From contig JBDHKN010000032.1 in the NCBI GenBank assembly GCA_039586365.1, forward strand, positions 9,773 to 73,772: 64,000 nt of DNA, given 5' to 3'. The position numbers were made by a program, and so were the translations under genes. Source of the stretch: Gemmatimonadota bacterium (lineage in GTDB: Bacteria; Gemmatimonadota; Gemmatimonadetes; Gemmatimonadales; GWC2-71-9). Positions within the stretch are counted from its first letter, which is position 1. Each line of letters starts with the position of its first letter. The notes below the pieces were generated by a model, which was not told the origin of the DNA, made no database searches, and was given only the letters and a program-made list of their open reading frames with translations. This document shows positions 49,011 through 61,922 of the stretch, piece after piece.

Positions 49011-49466
49011 GTGGCAGACACGTCCGTTCCGAGGCTAAACTGCACTGCCGCCCCCACGAGGGCGATCCTGATTGTGGGTTGGCTATTGTGGTCCCACGCA
49101 CTGTTTGCTCAGTCTGAGCTCAGTCAGGCAGTTGCAGCGGCTCAGGACGCCTGGCTTGGCCATCGAGTAGCCGACCTGCTATCGGGTAGCGACACCGTAC
49201 GGCTTCGTATTCCGGGCATCGCGCCCTCAGCCTCGCTGCGACCGAGTCAGGCAACGAAGCTTCTCGAGCAATACCTCAGAATGGCCGAGGAGCGGGACTT
49301 CTCGCTGCGCGACATCAAGGAAGTCGCCGCTGGTCACGCATATGCCGAATTACGGCGGGTTTACGTGGTTAAGGGTACCTCGGAACAGAGAGAGGAAACC
49401 GTGTTCCTGGGCTTCCGACGGATAGCTGACACGTGGCGTCTCAGGGAGGTGCGTGTCTCGCCGTAA
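49011..49466 (+). CDS. Hypothetical exported protein
   Basis: Signal-like segment ending ALFAQ; co-oriented after pyrF. Confidence 0.6.
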   Translation: MADTSVPRLNCTAAPTRAILIVGWLLWSHALFAQSELSQAVAAAQDAWLGHRVADLLSGSDTVRLRIPGIAPSASLRPSQATKLLEQYLRMAEERDFSLRDIKEVAAGHAYAELRRVYVVKGTSEQREETVFLGFRRIADTWRLREVRVSP

Positions 49467-49537
49467 ATCCTCACTTGCGCAGCATTTACGTCCCATCTAT
49501 ATTCCAAGGCTGTTGAGATTCTGACCGGGGTCTGGCC

Positions 49538-49654
49538 GTGAAAGTCCGTTCTAGTGTGAAACCGATTTGCGAGCACTGCAAGGTGGTCCGCCGGAGGGGT
49601 GTGACCAGGGTCATTTGCAAGCGCAACCCAAAGCACAAACAGAGGCAGGGATAG
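49538..49654 (+). CDS. rpmJ: 50S ribosomal protein L36 (not in ORF track)
   Basis: [38 protein letters not shown] from GTG 49538. Confidence 0.97.
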   Translation: MKVRSSVKPICEHCKVVRRRGVTRVICKRNPKHKQRQG

Positions 49655-49657
49655 CCT

Positions 49658-50038
49658 ATGGCCCGCATTGCCGGCGTCGACCTTCCCCGCGATAAGCGCA
49701 TTGAGGTGGCACTCACTTACATATACGGTGTGGGTCAGCCCACATCGAAACAGATATTGGACGTAACCGCAGTCGACGGTGACATCAGAGTCCGCGACCT
49801 CTCTGATGCCGAAGTCGCGCGGTTGCGGCAGGCGATCGAGCGTAATGTCAAGGTGGAAGGTGCTCTGCGGACCGAAATCGCCATGAACGTCAAACGGCTC
49901 ATGGACATCGGGAGCTATCGCGGAACTCGCCACCGTCGCGGACTACCTGTCCGAGGTCAGCGCACTCACACCAACGCACGTACCAAGAAGGGGCCCCGAC
50001 GCCCAATTGCCGGTAAGAAGAAGGCGGTCAAGAAATAG
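49658..50038 (+). CDS. rpsM: 30S ribosomal protein S13
   Basis: [10 protein letters not shown]...[14 protein letters not shown]. Confidence 0.98.
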   Translation: MARIAGVDLPRDKRIEVALTYIYGVGQPTSKQILDVTAVDGDIRVRDLSDAEVARLRQAIERNVKVEGALRTEIAMNVKRLMDIGSYRGTRHRRGLPVRGQRTHTNARTKKGPRRPIAGKKKAVKK

Positions 50039-50041
50039 CGT

Positions 50042-50434
50042 ATGGCACAAGTAAGAGGCTCGAGCACGAGAAGAACGAGGAAGGTGGTGGAGTCCGAAGG
50101 AATCGCCCACGTTACCGCCACCTTCAACAATACGCTGGTCACTATCACCGATTCCAAGGGGAACGCCATAGTGTGGGGTTCGGCTGGCAAGTCGGGCTTC
50201 AAGGGATCGAAGAAATCAACGTCCTTCGCGGCGACAGTCGCTGCTGAGAATTGTGCGCGCGAAGCGCTGAATCTCGGAGTGCGTAGGGTGCACGTTCGGG
50301 TTCAGGGACCGGGTGCCGGTAGGGAGTCGGCGATTCAAGCTCTGGCCAGCGCGGGTCTGCAGATTGCGTCGATTAGGGACGTGACCCCGATTCCACACAA
50401 TGGCTGCAGGCCGCCAAAGAAGAGGCGGGTGTAA
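50042..50434 (+). CDS. rpsK: 30S ribosomal protein S11
   Basis: ATFNNT...[18 protein letters not shown]. Confidence 0.98.
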   Translation: MAQVRGSSTRRTRKVVESEGIAHVTATFNNTLVTITDSKGNAIVWGSAGKSGFKGSKKSTSFAATVAAENCAREALNLGVRRVHVRVQGPGAGRESAIQALASAGLQIASIRDVTPIPHNGCRPPKKRRV

Positions 50435-50435
50435 G

Positions 50436-51071
50436 ATGGCCCGCTACACAGGGCCTGCCTGCAAGTTGTGCCGCCGCGAGGGAACGAAGCTGTTTCTCAA
50501 GGGGACTCGTTGTGTGACCGAGAAATGCTCTGTCGAGCGCAGGCAATATGGGCCTGGCCAGCACGGACAGGCTGCTGCTCGCCGCCGCAAGTTCTCGGAA
50601 TATGCCAAGCAGCTTCGCGAGAAGCAGAAGGTCAAACGCATATATGGTGTCTCGGAACGGCAATTCCGGAACACGTTTGAGAACGTCCGCAAGTTGCCGG
50701 GTGTAACGGGCTCAAACTTGCTGATAGCTCTCGAGACGCGGCTCGATAACGTGGTACATCGCATGGGGTTTGCCGCGAGCCGAAAGGCGGCACGCCAACT
50801 AGTGCGGCACCGTCACGTCGAGATCAATGGGAGGACGGTGGACGTCCCGTCGTACCGAGTTCGCCCCAGCGATGAAGTGAGAGTTTCGGAGAAGAGCAGG
50901 GATTTGACGGCCGTGCGCGCATCTCTCGAGACTCTGTCTCGTGCAACGCCGGTATCGTGGATCATGGTGGACACCGACAAAGTGGTTGGCAAAGTGACGG
51001 AAATGCCGACTCGTGAGACGATCCCAATAGCCGCCCAAGAGCAACTCATCGTAGAGCTCTACTCGAAATAA
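50436..51071 (+). CDS. rpsD: 30S ribosomal protein S4 (Cys-containing form)
   Basis: MARYTGPACKLCRREG...QLREKQK...LETRLDN...IVELYSK. Confidence 0.98.
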   Translation: MARYTGPACKLCRREGTKLFLKGTRCVTEKCSVERRQYGPGQHGQAAARRRKFSEYAKQLREKQKVKRIYGVSERQFRNTFENVRKLPGVTGSNLLIALETRLDNVVHRMGFAASRKAARQLVRHRHVEINGRTVDVPSYRVRPSDEVRVSEKSRDLTAVRASLETLSRATPVSWIMVDTDKVVGKVTEMPTRETIPIAAQEQLIVELYSK

Positions 51072-51072
51072 G

Positions 51073-52128
51073 ATGACGATCGATCTAACTGGTTTGGTTC
51101 GACCCCACGTGGTCGAGATGACGAAGCGGGAGGAAGTCCCGCATGCAGCCGAGTTCCGCTTGCAGCCGCTTGAGCGCGGCTTCGGGCATACGCTGGGCAA
51201 TGCACTGAGGCGAATGCTTCTTTCCTCGTTGCGTGGTGCTGCCGTATGGGGCTTCAGGCTCGAGGGAGTAGTGCACGAACACCAAACGGTCCCCGGCGTG
51301 GTGGAGGACATCCACCAGATCATTGGACGGCTGAAATCGCTGACACTGGTCATGGCAGAAGACGTTGACGAGGCTGTACTCCATCTCAAGGTCGACAAAG
51401 CCGGCACAGTCACAGCAGAGAATCTGGAGGTGCACGGGGCCGTCAGCATCGTTCATCCCGATCACGTCCTGTTTACGCTGCAGGAGGACCGGGAGATCAC
51501 TGGCGAGTTGTACGTCAACAAGGGTCGGGGTTATGTCGAAGCTTCACAGCATCCGGATGATCGCTCTCTTCCGGTAGATCTGGTGAAGATCGACGCGATC
51601 TACAACCCCGTGCTGCGGGCCAACTTCACGGTGGCTGAAACGCGAGTCGGGCAGCGTACTGACTTCGACAGTGTAAGCCTCTCGGTCGAAACGAATGGGG
51701 CGATCGAGCCGGAGGATGCTGTTGCCTACGCAGCGGCTCTCCTGCAAGAACACTTGCGGTATTTCGTGGAGTTCGGCCGGGTGCCGTTGGCTAGCGACTC
51801 CGGTGAAGGACTAGCGGGGGACAGTGCGCAGTTGCGCGATTTGCTTGCCAAGCCAATCGATGATTGTGGCCTCTCCGTACGATCCATCAACTCACTGAAG
51901 AACTCCAATATCAGCACGCTTGGCGATCTGGTTCGCCACACCGAAGAAGACATGCTCAAGGTCAAGAACGTGGGTGAGAAAGCCCTGAGTGAGATTGCCG
52001 AGATGTTGCGTCGCGAGGGTTTGGCCTTCGGCATGCAGCTGGAGGAGGTGGAAGGGGAGCTGGTAGTGACGGGTTCGGTACTCGATGCGGTCGGGTCTGG
52101 CGAACCCGACGTTGGTACACAGGGGTAG
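51073..52128 (+). CDS. rpoA: RNA polymerase alpha subunit
   Basis: [34 protein letters not shown]. Confidence 0.98.
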   Translation: MTIDLTGLVRPHVVEMTKREEVPHAAEFRLQPLERGFGHTLGNALRRMLLSSLRGAAVWGFRLEGVVHEHQTVPGVVEDIHQIIGRLKSLTLVMAEDVDEAVLHLKVDKAGTVTAENLEVHGAVSIVHPDHVLFTLQEDREITGELYVNKGRGYVEASQHPDDRSLPVDLVKIDAIYNPVLRANFTVAETRVGQRTDFDSVSLSVETNGAIEPEDAVAYAAALLQEHLRYFVEFGRVPLASDSGEGLAGDSAQLRDLLAKPIDDCGLSVRSINSLKNSNISTLGDLVRHTEEDMLKVKNVGEKALSEIAEMLRREGLAFGMQLEEVEGELVVTGSVLDAVGSGEPDVGTQG

Positions 52129-52132
52129 GACC

Positions 52133-52489
52133 ATGCGGCACCGCAAGAAGGGACGACAGCTCAGTCGCACAGCCAGCCACCGCAGGGCGATGCTCCGGAA
52201 CATGGCGACCTCGCTGTTTCAGCATGATCGGGTTGTGACGACTGAGGCGAAGGCAAAGGAGCTGCGTCCCTATGCTGAGAGGCTCATCACTTGGGCCCGG
52301 CGAGGCGACCTACACGCCCGGCGCCAGGTGGAGCGGGTCATCAAGGATCGTGGAGTGGCTGGTCGGCTGTTCGGTGAAATAGGGCCACGATTCGAGAGTC
52401 GGCCCGGCGGTTACACGAGAATCGTGAAGCTCGGCCACCGTTCGGGTGACGGTGCTGAGATCGCACGGATTGAGCTACTGTCTGAGTGA
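52133..52489 (+). CDS. rplQ: 50S ribosomal protein L17
   Basis: [12 protein letters not shown]...RPGGYTRI. Confidence 0.98.
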   Translation: MRHRKKGRQLSRTASHRRAMLRNMATSLFQHDRVVTTEAKAKELRPYAERLITWARRGDLHARRQVERVIKDRGVAGRLFGEIGPRFESRPGGYTRIVKLGHRSGDGAEIARIELLSE

Positions 52490-52519
52490 GCTTGGAAGCT
52501 GCGGATTCGACCAACAGAT

Positions 52520-52542
52520 GGGGACCCGATGGTCCCCTTTTT
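52520..52542 (+). terminator. Intrinsic terminator of the rpmJ-rplQ operon
   Basis: GGGGACC-CGAT-GGTCCCC-TTTTT. Confidence 0.75.
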
Positions 52543-52763
52543 CATAGCTGCGCGTCGGTGAGGGCAGACCCTCTGGGTGCCTTCGCCACCCGGTTTGATC
52601 GCAGGCAACTAGTGCAGACGCGAATACGCCGTGGCTTCCCGTCCACCAGCACTCGTGCTCGCTGCAGATTCGGCTGCCAGCGACGCCTGGTACGGTTGTT
52701 GGCATGACTCACGTTGTTGCCGTACGTGGGTCCTTTGCCGCATATGTCGCAAACCCGTGCCAT
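52542..52763 (-). CDS. rpmB: 50S ribosomal protein L28
   Basis: [10 protein letters not shown]...[19 protein letters not shown]. Confidence 0.97.
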   Translation of the reverse strand: MARVCDICGKGPTYGNNVSHANNRTRRRWQPNLQRARVLVDGKPRRIRVCTSCLRSNRVAKAPRGSALTDAQL

Positions 52764-52840
52764 GTTGTCTCAACTTCTTTGCGAAGATTTCCTAGGAGTG
52801 CGAATGCACCATTCAGCAAGAGAAGTAACCTAGCAACTGA

Positions 52841-54799
<1,959 letters not shown>

Positions 54800-54816
<17 letters not shown>

Positions 54817-57800
54817 TCTCGAGTCGATTCTGCTCATCGGTTCGGGACCTATCGTAATCGGGCAGGCTGCCGAATTCGACTATTCCGGAACGCAGGCGGT
54901 CAAGGCCCTGAAGGAGGAGGGGTACCGTGTGGTGCTGGTCAACTCCAATCCGGCGACCATCATGACCGACCCAGAGTTGGCCGACAGAACCTATGTGGAG
55001 CCGGTCACGCCTGAGTGGGTCGGGATGGTGATCGAACAGGAGCGGCCCGATGCGCTCTTGCCGACCATGGGAGGACAGACCGCGCTCAACGTCGCGATGG
55101 CTTTGGCAGAGAACGGGACGCTCGAGCGCTTCGGCGTGGAGCTGATAGGCGCCGACCAACGTGCCATTCGCCTGGCTGAAGACCGACGTGAGTTCGGTTC
55201 CGCCATGCACCGGATCGGCCTCGCTGTTCCGAAAGGGGCCGTAGTCGGATCTCTGGCTGATGGAATGCGGGTCATTGAGGAGATCGGATACCCCGCCATA
55301 ATTCGGCCGTCGTTCACGCTCGGTGGAACTGGCGGCGGCGTTGCCTACAACCTGGAGGAATACCAAAGCCGGCTCGGCCGAGGACTCGATCTGTCGCCGG
55401 TGGGGACGGTGCTGGTCGAGCAATCTGTACTCGGTTGGAAGGAATTCGAGCTGGAGGTAATGCGCGACGGGCGGGATAATGTGGTGATCGTTTGCTCGAT
55501 CGAGAACTTTGATCCCATGGGCGTACACACCGGGGATTCCATTACGGTAGCGCCAGCTATGACGTTGACCGACCGCGAGTATCAAGTGATGCGCAACGCA
55601 GCGATCGCGATCATTCGAGAGGTGGGAGTGGCAGCAGGTGGCTGTAACATCCAGTTTGCGGTCAATCCCGATGACGGGGAGATGTTGGTAATCGAAATGA
55701 ACCCGCGCGTCTCCCGGTCCTCAGCCCTGGCCTCGAAGGCAACCGGGTTCCCCATAGCGCGGATCGGCACGAAGATCGCTGTTGGCTACGCGCTGGACGA
55801 GCTTCCTAACGACATTACCAAGTCAACACCGGCCTCCTTCGAACCGGTATTGGACTATGTCGTGGTGAAGTTTCCGCGGTTCGCATTTGAGAAGTTCCCC
55901 GACGCAGACCCTACTCTCACCACACAAATGAAATCAGTCGGCGAGTCGATGGCGATTGGCAGGACGTTCAAGGAGTCTTTCCAGAAGGGTCTGCGCGCCT
56001 TGGAGATAGACCGATCGGGTTGGGTCATTGGCCGGACCGAGCAGGACAGACTCGAGGCGGACGACATAGAGACACTTCGCGTTGCACTCCACACGCCGAC
56101 ACCGGAGCGGGTCTTCCAGATCAAACGAGCCATGCGGGCGGGTATGTCAGTTGAAGAGATCAGTGCAAGCACCCGTATTGATGCTTGGTTCATCAGTCAA
56201 CTCAGGGAGCTGCTGGATGCCGAAGACTGGTTCCAGGCGGTGCAGGAGGTTGACGCGGATCTGCTGCGGTCGATGAAGCGATTGGGCTTCTCGGACGGTC
56301 AGCTGGCGGATTTGCGCGGTATGCAGGAGTCCGCAATCCGGCAGCTGCGTTGGGATCTGGATATTCACCCGAGCTTCAAAGTCGTGGATACGTGTGCCGG
56401 GGAGTTTCCGGCAGCCACGCCCTACTACTACTCGTCGTACGACGAGGAGAACGAATCGGAGTCACTGGGCGAGAATGGCGTCGTGATTCTGGGCAGCGGC
56501 CCCAACCGAATCGGACAAGGTGTCGAGTTCGATTACTGCTGCGTCCGAGCCGGCTTGGCGCTACGCGAAATGGGATATCGGACGATCATGATCAATTCCA
56601 ATCCCGAAACCGTATCGACCGACTTTGACATATCAGACAAGCTCTATTTCGAACCACTCACGCTGGAGGACGTGCTCGAGATCGTGCGGTTGGAACAGCC
56701 CATGGGCGTGGTGGTGCAGCTCGGGGGACAAACCCCTCTCAAGCTCACCAAAGCGCTGGAGGCGGAAGGGGTGAGGATCCTCGGCACCAGCCCCGACGCG
56801 ATCGACGTTGCAGAGGACCGCTATCGTTTCGAGGCACTTACCCGTCAGCTCGGTGTAACCCAGCCTCCCAACGGCACTGCCACCGATATCGAGGGTGCAG
56901 TGGAAGTCGCCGCGCGTGTCGGATATCCCGTACTGGTGAGGCCCTCGTACGTGCTCGGTGGGCGTGCGATGGAGATCGTATACGATGAACCTTCGCTGCG
57001 GAATTATTTCCAGAGGGCGATCGACGTGTCCCCCAAACACCCGATCTTGATCGATCGGTTTCTGGAAGATGCCTTCGAAGCGGATGTCGACGCAATCAGC
57101 GACGGAAACCGCTGTGTCATTGGCGGGGTGATGCAGCACATCGAAGATGCCGGCATCCACTCAGGCGACTCAGCGTGCGTACTACCACCGTATCTCATTG
57201 GTGGTGAAGCTGTGGAAGAAATGCAGCGCCATACACGCGCTTTCGCGGATGCACTCGGTGTAGTTGGCTTGATCAATGTCCAATTTGCGCTGAAGGACGG
57301 AGTCGTATATGTGCTCGAGGTGAATCCGCGCGGTTCGCGGACGGTGCCATTCGTCAGCAAGGCGACCGGTTTCTCGATGGCCAAACTTACGGCGGCGGTG
57401 GTGGTGGGGCGGAGCCTGGACGATCTGGGGGTGACAGAACGCGAGTCGATGCCCTGGGTGGCTGTGAAGGAGGCGGTGTTCCCATTCACGAAATTGGCTG
57501 AAGTCGATACGGTGCTCGGGCCTGAAATGAGGTCGACCGGAGAAGTGATGGGTCTGTCCGACAGCTTCGGAATGGCGTTTGCCAAGGCGCAGGCCGCCGC
57601 CGACGACCCGCTGCCGTTAGAGGGCTCCATCTTCGTGACCGTCAACAATCGGGACAAGCCGACGGTGTTGCCAATTGTCCGCCGGTTTCACGAGATGGGA
57701 TTCCGAATCCTCGCAACAGCAGGAACGGCAGATTATCTGAGGACTAGAGGTGTGCCGACAGAACGGGTGTACAAGGTGTACGAAGGCAGGCCAAACGCAT

Positions 57801-58078
57801 CCGACCTCATCGTATCTGGTCAGGTGCAATTGCTGATAAACACTCCACTCGGAAAGCTCACTCAGCGAGACGACTACCAGATCAGGCGCACAGCACTGCA
57901 GCATCGCGTTCCCTATACAACCACCATGTCCGCGGCCAATGCGGCGTGCGATGCTATCCTAGCTCTTCGTAGTAGACGTGGCAGTGTGCGTTGTCTCCAG
58001 GAATGGTATGAGCAGGTCGGGAGTACCACACAGGACCTCTTGCAAGGCACGCCGAACCGGAGAGAGATGTCGGGGTGA
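54800..58078 (+). CDS. carB: Carbamoyl-phosphate synthase large subunit
   Basis: [18 protein letters not shown], duplicated ATP-grasp, [15 protein letters not shown]. Confidence 0.98.
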
Positions 58079-58114
58079 GTCCTGGTAGGCTCGAGACAGA
58101 AGGGTAGCGCTGCA

Positions 58115-59083
58115 TTGCTCGATCAACTAGCTGCGCATGTGCACGGCACTGTCAAGCTAGACGAGCCACTCGCTCGCTATACCACCTACAGGATAGGTGG
58201 CCCCGCTGCCGCTCTCGTAGTGCCGAGTGATTCCGATGATGTGGCCAGGCTGGTGCAGTTCTGTCTCGAGACAGAGATCCCGTGGCTTCCTCTCGGGCTT
58301 GGCTCAAACGTGCTGATCTCCGATCGGGGATTCCCGGGTGTGGTGATTAGGTTGGGGAAGGGAATGGATGGTATCCAGGTAGCTGCGGGTGAAGCCGGCA
58401 TGTGGTGGGTTGGCGCCGGAGTCCCGACTCCGCGGCTGGCGCGGCAAACGGCGGCGGCAGGGTTCGCCGGTGTACAGCGACTGATTGGAGTGCCGGGAAC
58501 AGTGGGTGGCGGTGTGGCGATGAATGCGGGAGCTCATGGGCAGGAATTCAGCCAGGTGGTCCAACGAGTCGACGTGGTCAACTCTGTAGGGGAACTACGC
58601 ACGCTGAGAGGGAGTGAGGTGCCGTGGCGCTACAGGGCGAGTGGGCTGGAAGACGTCGTGATCACAGCAACCACGCTGCAACTGAGTCCGGGAGATCCAG
58701 CAAAGCTGAGATGGGATGTCCAGCGGCACCTGAGGTGGCGTAGGGAAGGGACTCCCTACGACGAACCGTGTTGTGGTTCTGTGTTTCGCAATCCAGCAAC
58801 CATCGCTGGGACAAAGGGCTCTCAATGCGGTAGCTCGCGGAGCGCAGGGCAGTTGATCGACGCGGCCGGTCTCAAAGGATTCCGGATCGGGGGCGCCGCA
58901 GTCTCGCCCAAGCACGCCAACTACATAGTGAACTTGGGTGGTGCCACCGCTGGAGATGTGCTGGGCGTGATTGATGCGATCCAAGGGAGGGTACTGCAGG
59001 ATTTTGGCATCGAGTTGGAGTTGGAAGTGAAGATCATAGGACAGGGAGGCGGGAGCGGGGGGCGGGGAGCGGGCAGCGGGTAA
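58115..59083 (+). CDS. murB: UDP-N-acetylenolpyruvoylglucosamine reductase
   Basis: RIGGPA, GSNVL, PGTVGG..MNAGA, GSVFRNP, KHANY, LELEV. Confidence 0.95.
   Translation: MLDQLAAHVHGTVKLDEPLARYTTYRIGGPAAALVVPSDSDDVARLVQFCLETEIPWLPLGLGSNVLISDRGFPGVVIRLGKGMDGIQVAAGEAGMWWVGAGVPTPRLARQTAAAGFAGVQRLIGVPGTVGGGVAMNAGAHGQEFSQVVQRVDVVNSVGELRTLRGSEVPWRYRASGLEDVVITATTLQLSPGDPAKLRWDVQRHLRWRREGTPYDEPCCGSVFRNPATIAGTKGSQCGSSRSAGQLIDAAGLKGFRIGGAAVSPKHANYIVNLGGATAGDVLGVIDAIQGRVLQDFGIELELEVKIIGQGGGSGGRGAGSG
59043..59080. repeat. GGGAGCG-type G-rich repeat forming the murB 3' tail
   Basis: gggaggcgggagcggggggcggggagcgggcagcggg; reverse complement resembles the 40857-40888 repeat. Confidence 0.6.
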
Positions 59084-59163
59084 CGGTTCCCGGCCTCGGG
59101 TCGACGAGGTCAGTGATAGGACTGCTCCTCGCCGACTCATACTATGTTGAAGGAGGAACCTGG

Positions 59164-59754
59164 ATGCCGGACTACTTCGTCCATGAAAGCTCGTATGTCG
59201 ATGAAGGTGCGAAGATCGGCAAGGGGACCAAGATCTGGCACTTCTGCCACATCATGCCTGGTGCCGAGATTGGCGAACGGTGCAATCTGGGGCAGAACGT
59301 AGTGGTGATGCCCAGGGCCAAGGTTGGGAACAACGTCAAGATCCAGAACAACGTTTCGATATACGAAGGTGTCGTGCTCGAAGATGACGTCTTTTGCGGA
59401 CCGTCGTGCGTATTCACCAATGTGGGAAACCCGCGGTCGCACGTGTCGCGGCGTGAGGAGTACGAGTCGACGGTGGTGCACCGCGGTGCGTCCATAGGGG
59501 CCAACGCCACCATCATCTGTGGCACTGATTTGGGAGAATTCTGCTTCATCGGGGCGGGGGCTGTGGTGACTTCTCATGTGCCACCTTTTGCCCTGATGGT
59601 CGGCGTGCCGGCTCGCCGAGTGGGTTGGATGTGCAGCTGCGGCCAGCGACTCCACCTGGTGTCTGGCAGTGGACCGTGCACCAGATGTGGACTGGAGTAT
59701 CGAGAGGAATCGGGCCAACTCCACGCGATTGACCCCCCTCACGCACCTCTGTAA
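59164..59754 (+). CDS. Hexapeptide N-acetyltransferase, WbpD/WlbB-like
   Basis: TKIWHFCH, NLGQNV, KIQNNVSIY, FCGPSCVFTNV.NPRS. Confidence 0.9.
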   Translation: MPDYFVHESSYVDEGAKIGKGTKIWHFCHIMPGAEIGERCNLGQNVVVMPRAKVGNNVKIQNNVSIYEGVVLEDDVFCGPSCVFTNVGNPRSHVSRREEYESTVVHRGASIGANATIICGTDLGEFCFIGAGAVVTSHVPPFALMVGVPARRVGWMCSCGQRLHLVSGSGPCTRCGLEYREESGQLHAIDPPHAPL

Positions 59755-59784
59755 GTTAGTAAGTTTTCTATACTTGGACGAAAT

Positions 59785-60900
59785 GTGACGATACCACTAC
59801 TGGACCTTCGAGCCCAGTTCCAGACAATCAAGCATGAAGTCATTCCCGCCTTGCTGGAGGTGGTGGAGAGCCAGAGGTTCATCTTGGGTGAACCGGTGGC
59901 GCGGCTGGAACAGGCAGTGGCGGGGTTAGTTGGGGTCCGGTGCGCGGTGGCTTGCGCCAGCGGGACGGATGCGCTGTTGCTTTCCCTAAAGACGTTGCGG
60001 CTCCAACCAGGTGACGAGGTCATCACCACACCCTTCACCTTCTTTGCCACGGCCGGGGCCGTTCACAATGCTGGGGGGAAGCCGGTCTTCGTCGACATCG
60101 ATGCTGCAACCTTCAATATTGACGTCACCCAGCTCGAGGATGCCGTTACAGAACGAACCAAAGCCATTGTACCCGTGCACCTGTTCGGTCAGATGGCTCC
60201 GATGGACGGGGTGCTCCGGATCGCTGAGCGTTTTGGGCTCGCAGTGATCGAGGACGCGGCACAAGCTGTGGGAGCGCGACAGGAAATTGCTGGCAAATGG
60301 CACAACGCAGGCTCGCTGGGAACGACGGGTGCTTTCTCTTTCTTCCCCAGCAAGAATCTCGGTGGCTGGGGCGATGGTGGAATGATCACTACTGGCGATC
60401 CTGACCTTGCAGAGCGTCTCCGTAGGCTCCGTGCCCACGGAGGGGCAAAACAGTATCACCACGAGGAAATCGGCACTAACAGTCGTCTCGACAGCCTGCA
60501 AGCCGCGGTATTGCTCGCCAAGTTGCCGCACCTCGCCGAGTGGAATCTAGCTCGGCGTGGACACGCGGCTGCCTGCACCGAAGGATTGCGAGATCTGGAT
60601 GGTGTCACCGTTCCGGCAACCACGCCGTCAAACGAGCATGTATTCAACCAGTACACGATACGGGCCGCAAGACGCGATGGTTTGAAAACTCGCTTGACCG
60701 ACAGGGGTATCGGTTCCGCAGTTTACTATCCTAGCCCACTCCACCTGCAGCCGTGTTTCCGGCATCTGGGCCATACGCGTGGTCAGTTTCCCGAGGCGGA
60801 ACGAGCGTGCGACGAAGTAATTTCGCTGCCCGTGTATCCGGAACTGACTTCGGATCAACGAGACGAGGTAGTGGAGACGATCAGGGAGTTTTACCGATGA
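59785..60900 (+). CDS. DegT/DnrJ aminotransferase, WbpE-like
   Basis: SGTDAL, EDAAQ, SFFPSKNLG..GDGG, NSRLD. Confidence 0.92.
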   Translation: MTIPLLDLRAQFQTIKHEVIPALLEVVESQRFILGEPVARLEQAVAGLVGVRCAVACASGTDALLLSLKTLRLQPGDEVITTPFTFFATAGAVHNAGGKPVFVDIDAATFNIDVTQLEDAVTERTKAIVPVHLFGQMAPMDGVLRIAERFGLAVIEDAAQAVGARQEIAGKWHNAGSLGTTGAFSFFPSKNLGGWGDGGMITTGDPDLAERLRRLRAHGGAKQYHHEEIGTNSRLDSLQAAVLLAKLPHLAEWNLARRGHAAACTEGLRDLDGVTVPATTPSNEHVFNQYTIRAARRDGLKTRLTDRGIGSAVYYPSPLHLQPCFRHLGHTRGQFPEAERACDEVISLPVYPELTSDQRDEVVETIREFYR

Positions 60901-61901
60901 CTCCCGTTCGAGTGACGGTGTTCGGAGCCGGTGCTTGGGGCCGCAACCATGTAAGATGCGTGGCCGCTCTTCCGGAGGCCGAGCTTGTGGCTGTCTGTGA
61001 TATCAGCGAAAGCCGTCGTGCAGCCGTTAGCAGACAGTATCCTGCCGTCAGAGTGACGGGCGATGCAGATGAGGCGTTCGATCTTGCGCAGGCGGTGGTG
61101 ATTGCTACGCCGGCTTCATCTCACGGTGAATTGGCTGCTCGAGCGATTGAGCGGGGCTTGCCGCTGTTGGTTGAGAAACCATTCGCGCTATCGGTCAGGG
61201 ATGCTCAGTCGGTGGCCGAGCTCGCGGAGGCGAGAGGAGTACCGGTGGTAGTCGGTCATCTACTTCTGTTTCACCCGGTCGTCACGCAACTGAAGAGTCT
61301 GATCGATGGCGGAGAGCTCGGTTCGGTCTATTATCTGTACAGCCAACGCGTCAACTTGGGCCAGGTGCGGCCTGACGAGAACGCGCTGTGGAGTTTTGGG
61401 CCTCATGATGCCGCTGTCGCCCTCGATCTAATGGCTACGATGCCGTGCAAGGTGAGCGCGCAGGGGAGGAGCTACCTGCAGCCCGGAATCGAGGATGTGG
61501 TTTTCATGAACATGGAGTTCGCCTCGGGAGTGATGGCCCATGTTCAGATGTCGTGGCTCGATCCCCACAAGGAGCGGCGTTTGACGGTTGTGGGCTCGAA
61601 CAAGATGGCAGTGTTCGACGATATGGAGATACGTGAGAAACTGAAGATTTATGACCGCGGTGTAGATCGCCCACCGGATTACGGGTCTTACGGTGAGAGC
61701 CTCTCAATCCGTGAGGGAGACATATCCATTCCTAGAGTACCGAATGTTGAGCCGCTGTCCGCTGAGCTGCGTCACTTCCTCGCAGTGGCTCAGGGGTTGG
61801 AGCGATCCCGCGCCAATGCTGAAGACGGTGTGGCGGTGGTCCGCGTGCTTGAAGCGGCCTCGCAATCCCTGGCCAGGGGCGGCGCCTCAGTTGATCTCTA
61901 A
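60897..61901 (+). CDS. Gfo/Idh/MocA oxidoreductase, putative sugar 3-dehydrogenase
   Basis: GAGAWG, VEKP, PHD; ATGA-coupled start at 60897. Confidence 0.88.
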   Translation: MTPVRVTVFGAGAWGRNHVRCVAALPEAELVAVCDISESRRAAVSRQYPAVRVTGDADEAFDLAQAVVIATPASSHGELAARAIERGLPLLVEKPFALSVRDAQSVAELAEARGVPVVVGHLLLFHPVVTQLKSLIDGGELGSVYYLYSQRVNLGQVRPDENALWSFGPHDAAVALDLMATMPCKVSAQGRSYLQPGIEDVVFMNMEFASGVMAHVQMSWLDPHKERRLTVVGSNKMAVFDDMEIREKLKIYDRGVDRPPDYGSYGESLSIREGDISIPRVPNVEPLSAELRHFLAVAQGLERSRANAEDGVAVVRVLEAASQSLARGGASVDL

Positions 61902-61922
61902 TACCACAGCACATGCAACTCT

